In this document: positions 1 to 13,796 of the stretch, piece after piece
How positions within the stretch are numbered: position 1 is the stretch's first letter
Layout of the letters: each line of letters starts with the position of its first letter
NCBI GenBank assembly: GCA_035084275.1
Contig: CM068760.1
Coordinates: forward strand, 1,240,001 to 1,304,000
Reading direction: 5' to 3'
Origin: Hydrolagus colliei
Lineage: Eukaryota
DNA: 64,000 bases
Translations under genes and position numbers: made by a program
Notes under the pieces: model-generated
Seen by the model: only the letters and a program-made list of their open reading frames with translations
What the model was told of the DNA's origin: nothing
Databases searched by the model: none

Positions 1-297
1 AGCTCTGTCTGGATCTTAGCCAGAATTTCCATTTTAACTCTGCTGCAGTTAGGGAGTTGCAGCTAGACATTCCAACCCCTTTTCCCCGTCTTCTTCCCCT
101 TCCCAATTTCCCAGGCAGAATGAAAAGCAGCAGATCTAATAGGTTCATAATTTGTCACTGAGCTTCATCTGGGTGGGGGGAGGAGAAAAGAAACTAGCAT
201 TACTTTGTTTGCTGCCACGTTTAGGCAAACTCCTAGCCCAAGCAGATCAGTAAACTTCTTTTTCAGTTTGCACAGTGATGTTGGAAAAACTTACGGT

Positions 298-399
298 AAT
301 ATACAGGCAATTCACTTTACAGTATATACTGTGAAGCGTTTTGAGACATCCAGAAGATGTGAAAAGCGCTATATCAAATGCAAGGATTATTATTATTAT
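298..399 (+). mobile_element. SINE 3' fragment; similar copies near 3040, 19805, 22265, 36945 and 61425 (+) and 39090, 39740, 57000 (-)
   Basis: Recurring tgtgaagcg(c/t)tttgagac...aaagcgctatatcaaatgcaaggattattatt. Confidence 0.8.
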
Positions 400-2242
400 A
401 ATGTATCTGACTAAACAGACTATGCCAGAACAGCTTAGTAAACTGTAGTGGAGGGGTCCATAAAATTCCAGCTTGCCTTATAACTGGGTGCAGTCAACAT
501 AACTGTGCATGTGTGCAGAAGGCAGACTAGCTATGTTTATTTTTTTTTCAAAAAGCCTTTTTCTTCTGGGACATTGGTTTGTTGTTGACATTGTTTCCTG
601 CATACTGTGCATGATATTAGTGATGACCTGACCACCTGGAAGGTAGCCATTTTTATTTTTATTTCGTCCTCAGGAAGCCTGCTGGCTAGCTGTGAGCTGC
701 AATCAATGGTGTGTCCATAGGACACCCACCTTAAAAACAAACTTTCAGTGTTTTGAAGGGCCACTTCTAACTTGAGTTTTACTGTAAATGTTCAATCACA
801 TTCTTAATTCTATAAAATCTTTATTTATGGTTGCCTTGTTCTCTCTTGGTTTCATATTTCTTCGTTTACGTTTTAGATTCACTACCTTATCCTATTTCAG
901 CTGAAAGTTGTTCAAACCGTTTATCTTGCTTTTCTTCCACCATCAATTTAGAGATGGCAGTGAGATTCTTTAAAATGCTTGTAATTAGCTGAAACTCACC
1001 AACATCTGTCAGTGTTTCCAAACCACTGATTGCAACTGGTATAGCAGCCACTCCTCTACTGTGCTCCAAGGGTTAACAATAAAAATAAAGACGGAGAGAG
1101 AGTAAATATTTCCATTTTATAAAAGTGTTTGACGTAGAATTGGTGGCCTGCTTCTTGTAGGGTAAATGTTTGAAGGAACTGTAAGCTTCTGGTCAGTGAA
1201 ATGGAGCATGTAAACAATCCTAATATGGAGTTAAGAACAAAATACAAAGGTTTTTTTGTATTGGATTCCAGTCCCACCCAGCTGAACAGTGACTGTTCAT
1301 GGTTATTTTCATCTTTTGTTTGACGTTTTGGGTGTATTTTCATTCCACTGATTTATTTTTAATATATTGAACTGAATAATAATTTACAATTGTTAAGTTT
1401 TGATGGCTGGAGTGGACGTTTTAATGTATTCAAGTGAACTTATAAGGGTGAATATTGCTTATAAAGAATAAATTAAGTCATTATTCATCTGTAAACTGAA
1501 TCGGGGGCCTTGGTGAGCTTCTAAATCATGGAAAAGCTAAACTGATAAGTTGATGCAAAAGAACCTATCTGCGTTTTGAAAGCTGTCAGTCACAAATGTT
1601 CAAAAAAATGAAGAATTTTGAATAAATAAGGTTTAACTGACATGCATTTTATACTTGTTGCCTTTTGGTTTTTTTAAAAAAAAGTATATTGGCAAAGCAT
1701 CTGTTTGACAATGCTAAGCAACATTCCAGAAAATGTGACTTTTCTAACTTCTGGATCTTCACAGGGCATTACAATGTCATTTTACTAATGTTTGATACAT
1801 TTTGAACCAATTGCAATAGCTTTAACAACAACAATTCATGTGAACTTTCAATCTGCTATAGCAACAACTACACTCAAATGTCTCTTTTCGCTCAGTTAAT
1901 GCAACGTGCTTGAATACAGTTCTGATCTGTCATTCCAGTAAACCCATCCCAAGTGTCAATAATAAACTTAGACAGTGAGTTTTAGCAGGCTGTTGGTTGG
2001 TGGCACCATAGTAATATTGTTGCTCCCATATCCACACAAGTGCACATTCCAATCATGGTGATAATCCAAAGAATTAATAATTTTAATAACACCTTGTTAT
2101 TTTGAAACTTCCACCAATCATTAGACAATCTAGGACTCTTCTGTCTTGAGTGAAGACGTCGCAGAGGGGACTTCATAGAAGTGTATAACATTTTTAATTG
2201 GATTGAAAAAGTACAGAATAATACTTTAGGATATACAAGAGA

Positions 2243-2375
2243 ACAACAATTTGCATTTATATAATGCCCTCCATGCCAAGTAGCATCTCAGAGCGCTTCA
2301 CAATGGTGGAGCCTGAGCGAAGGGGAAGGTGACCATAAGCGCAGTCGAAGAGAAAAGTCTTCAGGCACAACCTGA
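2243..2375 (-). mobile_element. L2 LINE 3' end fragment
   Basis: Reverse strand encodes FRLCLKTFLFDCAY, followed by the family tail. Confidence 0.65.
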
Positions 2376-2430
2376 AGATGGGAAAGGATGGGGAAAAGAT
2401 GGGAAAGGATGGGGAAAAGATGGGAAAGGA
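2375..2430. repeat. 21-bp tandem repeat, about 2.7 copies (aagatgggaaaggatggggaa)
   Basis: Perfect copies start at 2375, 2396 and 2417 (partial). Confidence 0.9.
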
Positions 2431-2485
2431 GAACATGGGTTTAAGAATTGCAAAGGACTCGGACAAAATTCTGAGTTGTATTGTT

Positions 2486-2700
2486 ATAATAATAATCCTT
2501 GCATGTGATATAGTGCTTTTGACGTCTTCTAAACATCTCAAAGCACTTCACAGAATAAAGTGAAGTGCCTGTATATCTGTGAGCAAAACACGGCAGCTAA
2601 TTGCGCACAGCAGATTCCCACAAACAGCCGTAAATTTAAATGACCAATTTATTATTGTTTTTTTTTAGGGATTATTATTAGGCGTGTGGAGTAAGGAAAC
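2486..2700 (-). mobile_element. SINE copy (same family as 31440 and 36017)
   Basis: aataatccttgcatgtgatatagtgc...gcgcacagcagattcccacaaac...ggcgtgtggagtaaggaaac. Confidence 0.75.
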
Positions 2701-4406
2701 CTGCCCAATGTTTCGCCCTACCTGTAATATTGTAGTGAAGATGGCCTCCATATAAACTAGTGTGAGATTTCAGCAGTTATGACTAGGAAAGAGAAGAGAC
2801 AATACTTTCATAAACTCATGGTAACTTCCACAAATCTGGCTTCTAACAAGATCAATCTGGTGGAGGGGATTCGTATGGCCACAGTTTGGTCAGCATATTA
2901 CGTGATGTGAGATAGCTCATCTTGAAATTTTGTTTTTATCATACACACGTTTCGCCCACAAATATACAGTCAATTTTCCTAATTTTCCAACCACGACCCC
3001 TCCCCCACCCTGCTCTGGTCCCAACTTTGGGACGTTGCTGTATTCTGTGAAGCGTTTTGAGACGTTGATAAGACATAGAAAGCGCTATAAAAACTTAAGG
3101 ATTATTTATTATTATTTATTCACTAATGTTTCAATGCATATTGAGTAAATGCTCTACCATGTGCAGAAGACATCTTGGTGACTTGATGCCCCGGGTGTTC
3201 TCAATCTTTGCATTGTAACTGAGTGCAACCTTATATGCTACAAGAGTATATGGCTGTAATCATTTTAATATTAAACACATAGCGATTCTGTTCTATGTGC
3301 ATAGAATATATTGTCTTTTGTTAACGCACTTTATTGAACTGCAGAAATGTTTTTTAGAAACATTGTTTTATAACTTGAAACGGCCCCATGGAATTGTATG
3401 TACATATGTGAATGAAATAAGGTGTATGATGTGCATTAACACATTCACAAGCCTACATAGGTCAGACATTTTTTACTATAACCAGTAAGTTTCACTAAGA
3501 ACTGTTTAGTGTTTACATGGACTTTGGTTCAGTCAGTACAGATTGAGGCAGGAAATGTAAGGATCTACCTAATTTATGGTAATGCTGAAAATCCTCCACA
3601 AGTGAATTGGAATTATTTACTGCAACTTCAATAATATTTCATATTTTTAACAAAATATATACTGTATTATTCTTTTTCTCAATCTACTGAGACTGAAATA
3701 TTATAATTTGCTTCAAATGAAATTTCTTCAGTAAGAGCTTTGTGGAGCAGTAATAATATGACATATTTTGATTTCTCAATATTATAGAATGCATTCATGC
3801 TTAGTTCCATCATAAAGGTATTTTATGTTTTTCACCTTCACTTGCATATCAAGGATCCTAGTTCTATTCCTTTCATGTTGTGAGCAAATATAGAGTAACA
3901 CAATAATTGCTGCCTGTTTAAGGAAATAATAGGCCTTCGGAGGGAGTTACCACCAAGAAAACAGATATTTCTACCTTTGCTTAAATTTGGGTACTGAACA
4001 TGATTTATCTCTGCTGTGGTAGCAGTATGTCTTCCTAATTTGGGCATCACAGTATTTGTATCAGTCTACACAATTGCAAATGCACAGCCTCAGAATGAGA
4101 GACAAGCAAATTATCCAGGTAGATTGAAAATACAGAGAGAACAAGTTTATATCGAAATAAAACAGCCTGTTGCTTTTTTATTCCATCCAATGTTAGTTTT
4201 GTTTTGGGATGTCCCCCGATGTAGAAGGCGTTATACAAATGTAATTTTGTTGTTGTTATTTGTAGACCTGTCTTTGATTTCTTCTGTTAATGGTTTGTGA
4301 ACCCTGTGGTGTGTGGGAACCAGTATGAAAGTACATTACATTGGCATTATTACACTATATATAAAGTTGCAGATAGTGGCTAACAGATGTGTACTCTGAA
4401 TTTGAT

Positions 4407-4680
4407 GTCAGCCTGTTTCAGTTGGTAGCGCTCGTGTCTCTGAGTCAGATGATTGCGGGTTCAAACCCCATTTCGGGACTTTGAACTCAGTCAAAGCCGA
4501 CACTCTTGATGCAGTACTGAGAATCGCTGCATTATTGCAGGTGCTTTTCTTTTCTCACTTACGCTGTAGTCTATTGCTGTAAGTATAGCCAATTCTTAAA
4601 AATTCAGCAAATTCTGGTGATATATTTGGATGTCCTCTCGATGTGAAAGGCACTCTATAAATGTTATTTTGTTGTTGTTG
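4407..4680 (+). mobile_element. tRNA-derived SINE (DeuSINE-like head) with L2-type tail
   Basis: A-box-like tcagttggtagc, B-box gggttcaaaccc, gcagtactgag core, (TTG)n tail; relatives near 12098 and 21277. Confidence 0.65.
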
Positions 4681-7600
4681 TCATCCAACCGGTTTCCCAT
4701 GATCCCACCTTCTCCAAAATACTTGTTTGTTTGTATAATGTGGTTCCAACTGAGTGAAACCTGGGCTTAGGAAGTGGTTAGAACTTTTTGGTATCTGATT
4801 GTCTGGCCACAGCTTCCTGTGCTTACTTACCATCACACTTCCTGCGATAGACCACACACACAATATGTATAATTAGTCTTGTTTCAGATCTTAGTTTAAC
4901 TTTTTCATCAAGATCTTTCGACATACAAAAGCCGATGGAACTTTTCCAGTAACTGTTGTACTATCAGGTCCTGGTCCAACTGTTCCAATGGATTAACAGT
5001 GTTTTGTTTTCCTCTACCCAAGTCATGCACAATTTTATCATGGCAAATGGATTTCCTGTGCATCTATTACCATTGGAGAATTGCTGAGTAGAGATCAGTT
5101 GCCTCCTCACAGGAAAGGGAACAGAGGTATTTTTTGTTTCCCCCTTCCACTTATAGCCTAGGGATACGGAGACCCTAATTGTGCCTTTGTTGTTTCCCTT
5201 GTTTCCTTCAGTAAGAAACTGTAGCTTGAACCTGGATCCTTGGTTTCAGATTTAGCAACAGCTTTGCTAACCTCAAAGTGACCATTTATTTTTTACTAAC
5301 CTATTTCTATAAATACATCACTGTGGCCATGTTGATCTCAACACTTTATGCTTTAATATAATGGAATAAGGGGAGCTGTGCCAGAGTAGTCATGCTTACT
5401 CTAGAGCCAGTAATCTGTGTTCTGGAAACCATCCTAGTCCTGTAAATAATGCTAATGGTTTGCTTTTAATCTACCACGCAATAAATTTGTAGGTCTCTTG
5501 AGATTGTGTACAATATATTTTACTTTTGTTCACAAACAATATATTTGTCACACATGTACTTGCCACATAATCCATGTGCTTTAATTCAATTCATCTTATT
5601 GTTCCATTAATAAAAAGCGTGCTCGATTTTTTTTTAAAAAAAGTGTGTGCTGCATTGCAGGTGCCTTTTAAAGCTTTTCCCCAAATTAACACCAATTCCA
5701 ACAACTTTTAAAATGAATATGGAGTAACGTAATTTGCTTATTATTAGTAGTAGTATTGTTGTTTGGAGTTATTTGAATCCACTCCATCCTAGACTTATCC
5801 TATTACAATACAATAATTGAGTGTAGTGAGCCATAGACTTTGAGCATGCACAGTAGGTCGAGTGACTGTGATAAGCGATCCACTGACTTGGGCCATGCAG
5901 TTGGAATTTTTTATACTATTTCAGTTGGTTCAGTCATGTCACCATGACATTTTGTTACTTCTCTGATAGCTTCCTCCTCAATTTGAGCTGATGCCAACTC
6001 AGTATTGAGATTGGTGTATTGAGATTGGTATATCTCGCTGTGGTTTTCCCATACATTGTGTATATCATTGTGGAATATTCTCCCGACGTGAAAGGGCTCT
6101 ATAAATGTAGTGTTGTTGTGTATATTCTTTGTAGTGAAGCATTCAGAAAATAATTCAACAGTTTCCAATTTTAAGGTGGGCTGGCAACTTTACATAAAAA
6201 CGCAATATTGTGTTGGAAGACTTTGACTGTCTTAGTGCTTTGCAGAGAACTTATCTAGAAATGTTACACAAAATCCAACAGCCTGTTGTTTGCTTTGTTC
6301 TTCTTGTTATGGTGCACATTGTAGTTATTGAGTTTAAAAATACCCAACAGAAAGTTGAACAATGTGAAAGTTTTTCTGTTATTCTCGTTCTTATTTAAGA
6401 TTTTAAAATATTGAATATCCTGCAAACTCTGCACATATTCAATCACAAAAACAGTTTAATATTGATTCCTCAATCTACTTTGTCATTTAAAAATTCTAGT
6501 AATCAAAGATTAGATTGTTGGGTTTTACTACTTTATTGTTTAATGAGGGACAATGATTTCCAATTTATTTTTGGTATGCTCATGGAGATTAAACGAAGAT
6601 TGTACTTTTTGTATTGTTGCTATAACCTCTCCAAGAAAGCTCAGAAAGAGAACATCATGGATTCCATTTTTCAAAAAAGAAAACTCAGTTAACTCAATTG
6701 TGTATTTTTCTGTTTATGCATTAGCGTAAGATGTCTGGGTCAATATTATTTGACAATACTTCAATCAAGTACTCTTTGAATCTTGAACTAAACGCTATAT
6801 CAAATGCAAAGATTATTATAATCTACAAGTAGAAACTTGTAGATAAGTGCACTCAAAAGGTTGGCCTATTTTGCCGTTGTTTGTGAGTTTGGCATTTTGG
6901 TCACTTTCAAATGAGGTGGGGGATGGGATGAAAGAGGTTTGTGAAAATGCAGCCACAATAATGAGTTTAACTGATTATCAGGAACTTATTAAGTAGCAGT
7001 ACTGAAAATAGTTTATGAAATTAGCACTGTACCCTAGCAACATGATTGATTGATTTCTCGGTGCTGGATAGCTGTCAGGCTAGCTAATCAATAGTGACTG
7101 TCATTTGTAATTGCTGCACACTGGGCCTCAGCCAGAGGCACATGGGACAAATGCTCAGTGGTTGCACTTCAACTCTGTTTATATTTTCAGAGCATTTTTA
7201 GACTTTAGATAAATCTTACATAGTAATTGGCTAAACTTTCATTTGCAGATGCTCAACTGGTGAAGGATTTTATAACCCTCCTAAGTATTATTTAGAATTG
7301 GCACCTGATTAGATTTCCAGTTTTAGTATTTGGAGACACCATTTAAAAAAAACTGCAGAGCAATATACTGTATATTTAAACAGACCTCTTCAAGTTCTAG
7401 TTGCATAATTTGCTGACTATCTGGTCTTCCTGTTTATTTAGGAGTATAACATTTGTTTAACTTTCACCATCACATTTTTGTTTCTACAAATAATGCACAA
7501 CTTGAACTGTAGAGTACATAGATTATACATGTTGTTGTAGGATACAGTACAGAAACAGGCCATTTGGCCCATCTAGTCCGTGCTTGTCTTTATACGAGTC

Positions 7601-8707
7601 TTGACTCCTGCTAATTGCTCCTCTGATCCCTCTCTGTTTGTAAAATGTGTTGGCGTTTTCTGCTTCATCCACAAGGAGGAAGTGACTTATACACACTAGC
7701 CTATTTCCCTAAATGGGTGACTATTTCCAAAAGGTTTAATATGCTATAATGGTTCAAAGGGAACTATTGTGAACATGAAACCGTGCAATCTTGCTGCTGA
7801 TGGAGTGAGGTTAGACCTGTTTCATTTCAAGAAGTCCATTAGGTATTTCTGAAGTCCTGTCATCTTTATCTTGTCATTTCAATAACCCATCCAGTTGAGC
7901 AGTGTTAATGTCCCAATGGAATTTGCCATTGGTCTTGTAGAGTCTTAGTAAATGAAGATCTTTCAAACCACACAACCAAAGGAAAATCTGTGGATTAGCT
8001 GTTGTTTATGAACTGGTGATCTATTTTCTTAAGCTCATTGCTTGTGATACAAGTCCTCCTCCTCGTAGTGAATGTTGTATAAATAGAGCAGCTTAATTTC
8101 TTGTGGGAAAACCTAGAAATGTGCTTCCTGTATCATGCCGTAGCTTTTTTTCTCAAAACGTCAATTCCTTGTCCATTTCTGTAAATTTCCATTACTTTGT
8201 GTCTCGCTAGATCATATTTGTAGCTACGGAAAAGCAAAATATGCTGTTTTAATGAATCCATTAATGTATAGTGCCCTATAAATGTGTTTCTTCAGTCAGT
8301 TACCTGACAATGAAATTCATCATTGTTTGAGAGGCACGATACCAAAATATAGAGAGTTACACACATGTATAGTTTCCATTTATCATGGAGCATGCATTTT
8401 TTCTCTAGAGGACTCCTGCTTACCGAATCTCAGGCAGTGTTTAGGTGCAGAATAGCAAACATCAAGGCTTGGGGACCCCAGTGTGTGTATTGTGGTACTG
8501 CTAGACCTCTAACCAGAACATTGTCCCTCAATTCCTCCACCTTGCCAGTCTCTTATGGCCACTTCACATTGGCTCAGAATCAGACTCCGCCACTATGAAG
8601 CGTGGAGGGCAAGATATAGATGCAAGTTGTTGTTGTTTAAACACATGGCACTAACCATAGTGAAGATTAGCGAGCTTTGCACTGGTTGTCATTCCAGGAA
8701 CACCATA

Positions 8708-8917
8708 CACTAAAAGCCGGTTTATCCGGTATCCAATCAACCGTAATTTCCATATAATCGGCACATCAAAATAAAAGGTCCGCATTCGATTAACCAGAAT
8801 TTATAAGGAAAATTGCATTATTATTATTATTTTTTGTATTTTCGGCCAAATATCCGGCACGAGCTTTAACCGGCATTGGCCAGATCCCGAGGGTGCCGGA
8901 TAAACAGGCTTTTGCTG
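8708..8917. mobile_element. Tc1/mariner (pogo/Tigger-like) MITE
   Basis: TA|cactaaaagccggtttatccgg ... ccggataaacaggcttttgctg|TA; terminal inverted repeats match 19/22, TA at both ends. Confidence 0.75.
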
Positions 8918-11355
8918 TATTTGGTTTGCAGGGCTATTAAGAGTAGAGTCAGAAGAGCTGGCAAATGAGTCTGACTTGCCTCCCCACATGAAGGGTAGAT
9001 AGTATGTGAAGCAGATTCAATTTTTTAAAGTGAAAAATCTGTTTTTTGGTCCTTGCAGTTTGCTCCATGGCAGGATCTGTTCCTTTTTGTTAATTCATAA
9101 GAAAAAGCTCAAAGGTATTCCACATTTTTTCATTTTAGTAGCCTGGAGAATTCAATGATCTGATCAATTTTATAAATGTAATTGTTCCACATTTCCATTC
9201 ATCCATACATTCATCCACGTTTTCTGAAACCTTAAGGAATAAAAAACATTTGACCTTTTAATGTTGTTTGTGATGAGAGATTTTTGTTTTGTTTTATAAA
9301 ATGTTTTGTGTAAGTTTAGAATGGAGTACGAGAGGCCCTTTGCAGCACTTGTGGTCCTTAACTATGAGAACTGCAGGCATTGAGACATTCCCTGGTGGCC
9401 GGGTCTTTATCAGGGGAGATGATAGGGTTCAGATTTCATCTGGAAACCAGCATCTTTCTTTGAACAACTAGGCAGACTGTTTTTATCTTTGTTTTAGGCA
9501 GTTTTAGTGGTCTGTAAATAACATTGTGCAGCACAGGCTCAAAGTTGTGCCAGAAATGCAGAACTGTGTTAAAGTACTGTATATTGGGAGGTTCATACTT
9601 CTGAACTGCCTGCGTACTACATTGATGGAGGAAGGAAAGATTGGTGGCAAATATCCCAGTACAGCCAATTAAATTTAAGACTTAAACATTTAGTTTGTTT
9701 TACCTAGAAATTACAGTAGTGTAGAAAAAAAAACGGAGATTCTTTGAGATATTTTGACAATGTGATGTGGCACTATATCAAAAGCAAGGATTATTATAAT
9801 TTATTATTCTAGAGGTTTGGTTCACTCTGGAGGTGGGTCGTTCTACCTTAATGCAGAGAAAAACAATGTTAATCACAATAATTCTTACATTTGTTACATC
9901 ACCTTTCACATTGGGATGATGTTTCAAAGCACTTCACAAGAATCACTGTAAATAATCTTTGCATTTGGTGTAGAGCCCATCATGTCTTTGAGATGGACGT
10001 CTCAAAGCAGTTCACATGATATACTGTAAGTTGAATTGACTGTATATTTTGTGGGCAATAGTGCAATGACTGTGTTTTGTAGACGAACGCAGCAGTCGAT
10101 TTGTGTATTTTCCCCCCAAAACAGTCATGAAGTGAGCAATTTTACCTGGGGAATTGTCAGCCAGGATACTGGAAGAGAGAAACTCCCATCTCTTTTCTTC
10201 CCTCCCCCCCTCCCTCACAGTGCTTTGTAATTTGTGTGTGGGGGTGGGGAGAAGGAGTTTTAACTTCACAGAAACCAGGGAGTTTTAAAATCTCTGCCAG
10301 AGTTAATTCCTAACTGACAGAAATTCCGGTTTATGTGGGATGTGGGCTGACAAGTTCTGTAAGGTTTAGTGTCGCACTGAAAATTACAGTACTGATGCTG
10401 CTCATATATCAGGATGTAACTTCATAACTAGAATTAACCTGTGACTGTTATATTAACCCATGCCTAGTGAATCACTAGATCATTTAAAAAGGCAGCTTGA
10501 TGCTGTGATGGGAGAAAGGTAAGGTGGGTATTTTGAAGGGATAAGATCAGATGGGCCAAATGTTTCATCCAAAACCGATCTTTTGAAGCTTTGACACATC
10601 TTTGAAAGTCACACTCAAAAATACTCACTGTGCTCAAAGATGCTCTATATTGTGTGGCCTGGTGGTGCAGCAATTAATATGCTTTACCATAAAAACATTG
10701 CTTGCAACTTTACAGTACACTTCACAGTATATTTTACACGATAAGGTGCTACATCAAATGCAAGATTTTTTACTATTATTTTCCTTCATGGGTATAGATT
10801 CACAAATTACCTTGGTGGCAACTGTGTAATTGCCAAGCTTTAACCTCAGTGGTGTATTGCTCTCATGGCCTTTTGGCACCCACCTCAGTTTCTCAACTCT
10901 CTGAACAAAATTGAATCCAGACCTGGTATCCATCACAGATGCAGCAGTGCTTACTTGGGCTGCTTCTTTTGAGTATGTGGTTGGAATGTTTCAGTTTTTA
11001 ACGTCCCAGCAATTTGTTTTCTTAATTGGTATCAAAGCCATAAAAGGAGTTTTTAATAGCACAGTTCCAACCAACTCTGATGACACCCAAAACATTGACC
11101 TTTCTCGGTTGGATTCTGATTGACCTGAAACGTGTTTCCAGCATTTTCTGTGTTCATTTTAGAAAAAGATAGATCTGCCTGTGACTGTCTTCATCCGCCC
11201 AAATTAAGACAACAGTTAAAATCTTTGCAGTTTGCTGATATGTTTGAGTGCATTTCCGTTATTACAAGAGAAGTACATGATAATTACAGCTGTATTTCAA
11301 GGGTTTAATACTCATGCTGCTTGTCTTAATCTTGCTGTTTTTCTTGGTCTTCCAG

Positions 11356-11507
11356 CCAAGTACCCTGCCACAGGGGACAGTTAACATGAACCAGTGTACA
11401 GATGTCATTGATGCTGAACCCAAGACCGGACAGAAGAATGCACTCTGCATCATCACACCTGAACGGGAATTCTTCATCCGTGGAGAGTCTAAAGAAATAA
11501 TTAATGG
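11356..11507 (+). CDS. MPRIP: MPRIP-like exon, C-terminal part of PH domain 1 (PSTLPQGTVNMNQC...KEIING)
   Basis: ttccag| acceptor, GG|gtgagt donor, 152 nt, phase 0 to 2. Confidence 0.95.
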
Positions 11508-12097
11508 GTGAGTTTGTTTGGAGCATTGTTTCCCGAAATCTTTTTCATTTAATTGATAACACATTAATGGTTCAGGCTTTGTTGTGATAAATCTTGAAAT
11601 AAAACTGGTTTTAATAAATACTCATGTTGGGAAATAAAATAAATAAGAACACAAATACAAACACCTACACAACCTGCAATTACACTGATGGAATTCAATA
11701 GCACAAACCTTTTAGCTCAGCAAAAATCCATAAATCACTTTATGTTTAAAATGGGAACACTTGAATGGTAATTTTACACTATTTATACTTCAATCGTCCA
11801 GTCATCTGTTACCTCATTGCACTGTGCATTGGCAAACTGAAACCAGCACCCATTTATAAAGAAAATCTAGAGTAGACTGCAATGTTGATCTCGATGAGTG
11901 GGACAAATTGATTATGGCAGGAACTTGGCGTTGGATGAGGACAATGGCAAATTATGCTTTTGGCAGAGTATTGAGTAGCTCAGTTCATTGGATGCCAATT
12001 TCTCAAGGAATTGTGAGTTCACTTTCCTGAGTTCAGTATCTTGGTATCCACAATTGGGTGTCTTTTAAAATGCTAGCTGAGAGTAAAAGTCTAGATC

Positions 12098-12400
12098 TCA
12101 GCCTGGATCAGTTGGTAGTACTCTCACATCTGAGGCAGAAAATGGTGTTCAATTCCTAGGCATAGTTCTATGCGGTCACAACCAATGCAGTGCTAAAGAT
12201 GTTGTGTATATAGATAATCTGTTAAACTAATATCCTGTCTACCTGTTTGGGTGGATGTTTAAAGATCCTATAGCATTATTTTAAAAGCAATGGGACCTTT
12301 TGTTTCCTGGCTAACAATTCCTCAGATAAGATTGGTTATTCACTTTTGTGGGGCATTGCTGTGTGCACATTAGCTGCCAATGCAAAATCCACCACCACAG
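12098..12400 (+). mobile_element. Old tRNA-derived SINE (DeuSINE-like)
   Basis: tcagcctggatcagttggtagtactctcacatctgag...gttcaattcc head; degraded core. Confidence 0.55.
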
Positions 12401-13639
12401 CCGTTTTCCCATGCAGATCATATAGAGCTCAGATGCACAGTATACATTATTTTTGATAGATGTTCTTTTACTTTGTCCCCAGGCTATCAACACCAGAAGT
12501 ATCTTTACATTCATAATTTTTGTAGTTTTGCTTGAGGGATGAGTTTTAAAATGGAAAATAGAAGCAGCCTGATTCTTTTATCCTTCGTGCCAGCTGTTGG
12601 GTGAAGGGGATATAAAAAAAGCTCTGTAAATCTATACTGTGCATCACATGTTTTAAATACAGTATATGCCTTTCTAAATAACACCCTTCTTTCTCTCCTA
12701 ATTTTAGTTGGCAGATAAACTGAACGGTTGCATTTCTGATTGTATGAGTCTGGAGGATTTGAGAGGAAATCTTCTTACTAACACTTAAATTGTGAAGATA
12801 TTCCGATTTGAAAACAAATTCTTCCTGATGGTCATTTGGGAGAAAGATTGAGTTGAACTGATAGTTTGCTGAAAATATGATTTGCTCTCAGTTGGAAATG
12901 GATATCTAAATGAGGGTCTAACCTTCAATTACAGGTCACAAAAATTATCAAAAGTAAAAGTACTCTAGGGAATTATACAATTTTAAGACCTATTTCCTTT
13001 AGGTCCAGGTATTAGCAAATATGCTACAGAAATACTAGGCTTCCATATTTATTCAGCCTCAGGGTACAGTTAAGATTTTGCTGGCATTGCCAGAGAAAAT
13101 CACCCTGGGACACAAAAAAATGACGTCCCAAGGAATGTAAATGTGCTTTTTATTCTTTTCTGCTTTCGGCAGCAGATCTTGATTTCTCTCACCAAGAAAA
13201 GTTTGCAATGAATCTGTTTGCACTGATTGCCATCAAATTGACAAGTCTCAGTTCAAAAAACCACAAGGTGCAGCTCATGCACGAAATGAAAAATGTCATG
13301 TTGGTAAAGAATTGGGCCTTACCTATGAATTTATGCCCAAGGCAGAGAAACAGCTTTGTTGAAACTAGTATCCAAAGTACAAATGTGGTTGCACTATCAT
13401 CCTCTGCCTTGATCAATATGCCTTTTTTAAATTAAAAAAATGCTTGGGGGGAGAAATATATGAATTAGAAAAGGTGAATTCTCGTCTCCTCTACCCCCTC
13501 AACTTAATTGATGTGCACTTTCAATTTTCGATTTAAAACTTGTTATTTTATGCATTATGCTTGTGCAGCTCTCAGACCTCTCAACCCTTCAGGGTTAACA
13601 AGAAATGACTGGGATTCATTGTCATTCCATGATTAAAAT

Positions 13640-13796
13640 CCAGGTTTATTTTAATGAGATATAAAGGAATTTGAAAATGAAATTTGCAGGGCTGTGGGCT
13701 GAGAACAGAGGAGTGGGGCTTGTTGGATAGGTCTTTCAAAGACTTAGCACTGGCACAGTGGGCTGAATGGCCTCCTTCTGTGCTGTATGATTTTAT
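13640..13796 (+). mobile_element. CR1-type LINE 3' end fragment
   Basis: ttgcagggctgtggg...gggctgaatggcctccttctgtgctgtatgattttatga. Confidence 0.65.

Noticed and set aside
8932-8994. Exon-like segment after tttgcag
   Set aside because: Immediate stop in the phase needed to join exon 11356, and no family similarity
1-11355. Upstream exons of PH domain 1 (GGWLLLAP / KWQRRFFILYE type)
   Set aside because: Not found by eye; presumably upstream of the window. The short ORFs here are intronic noise.
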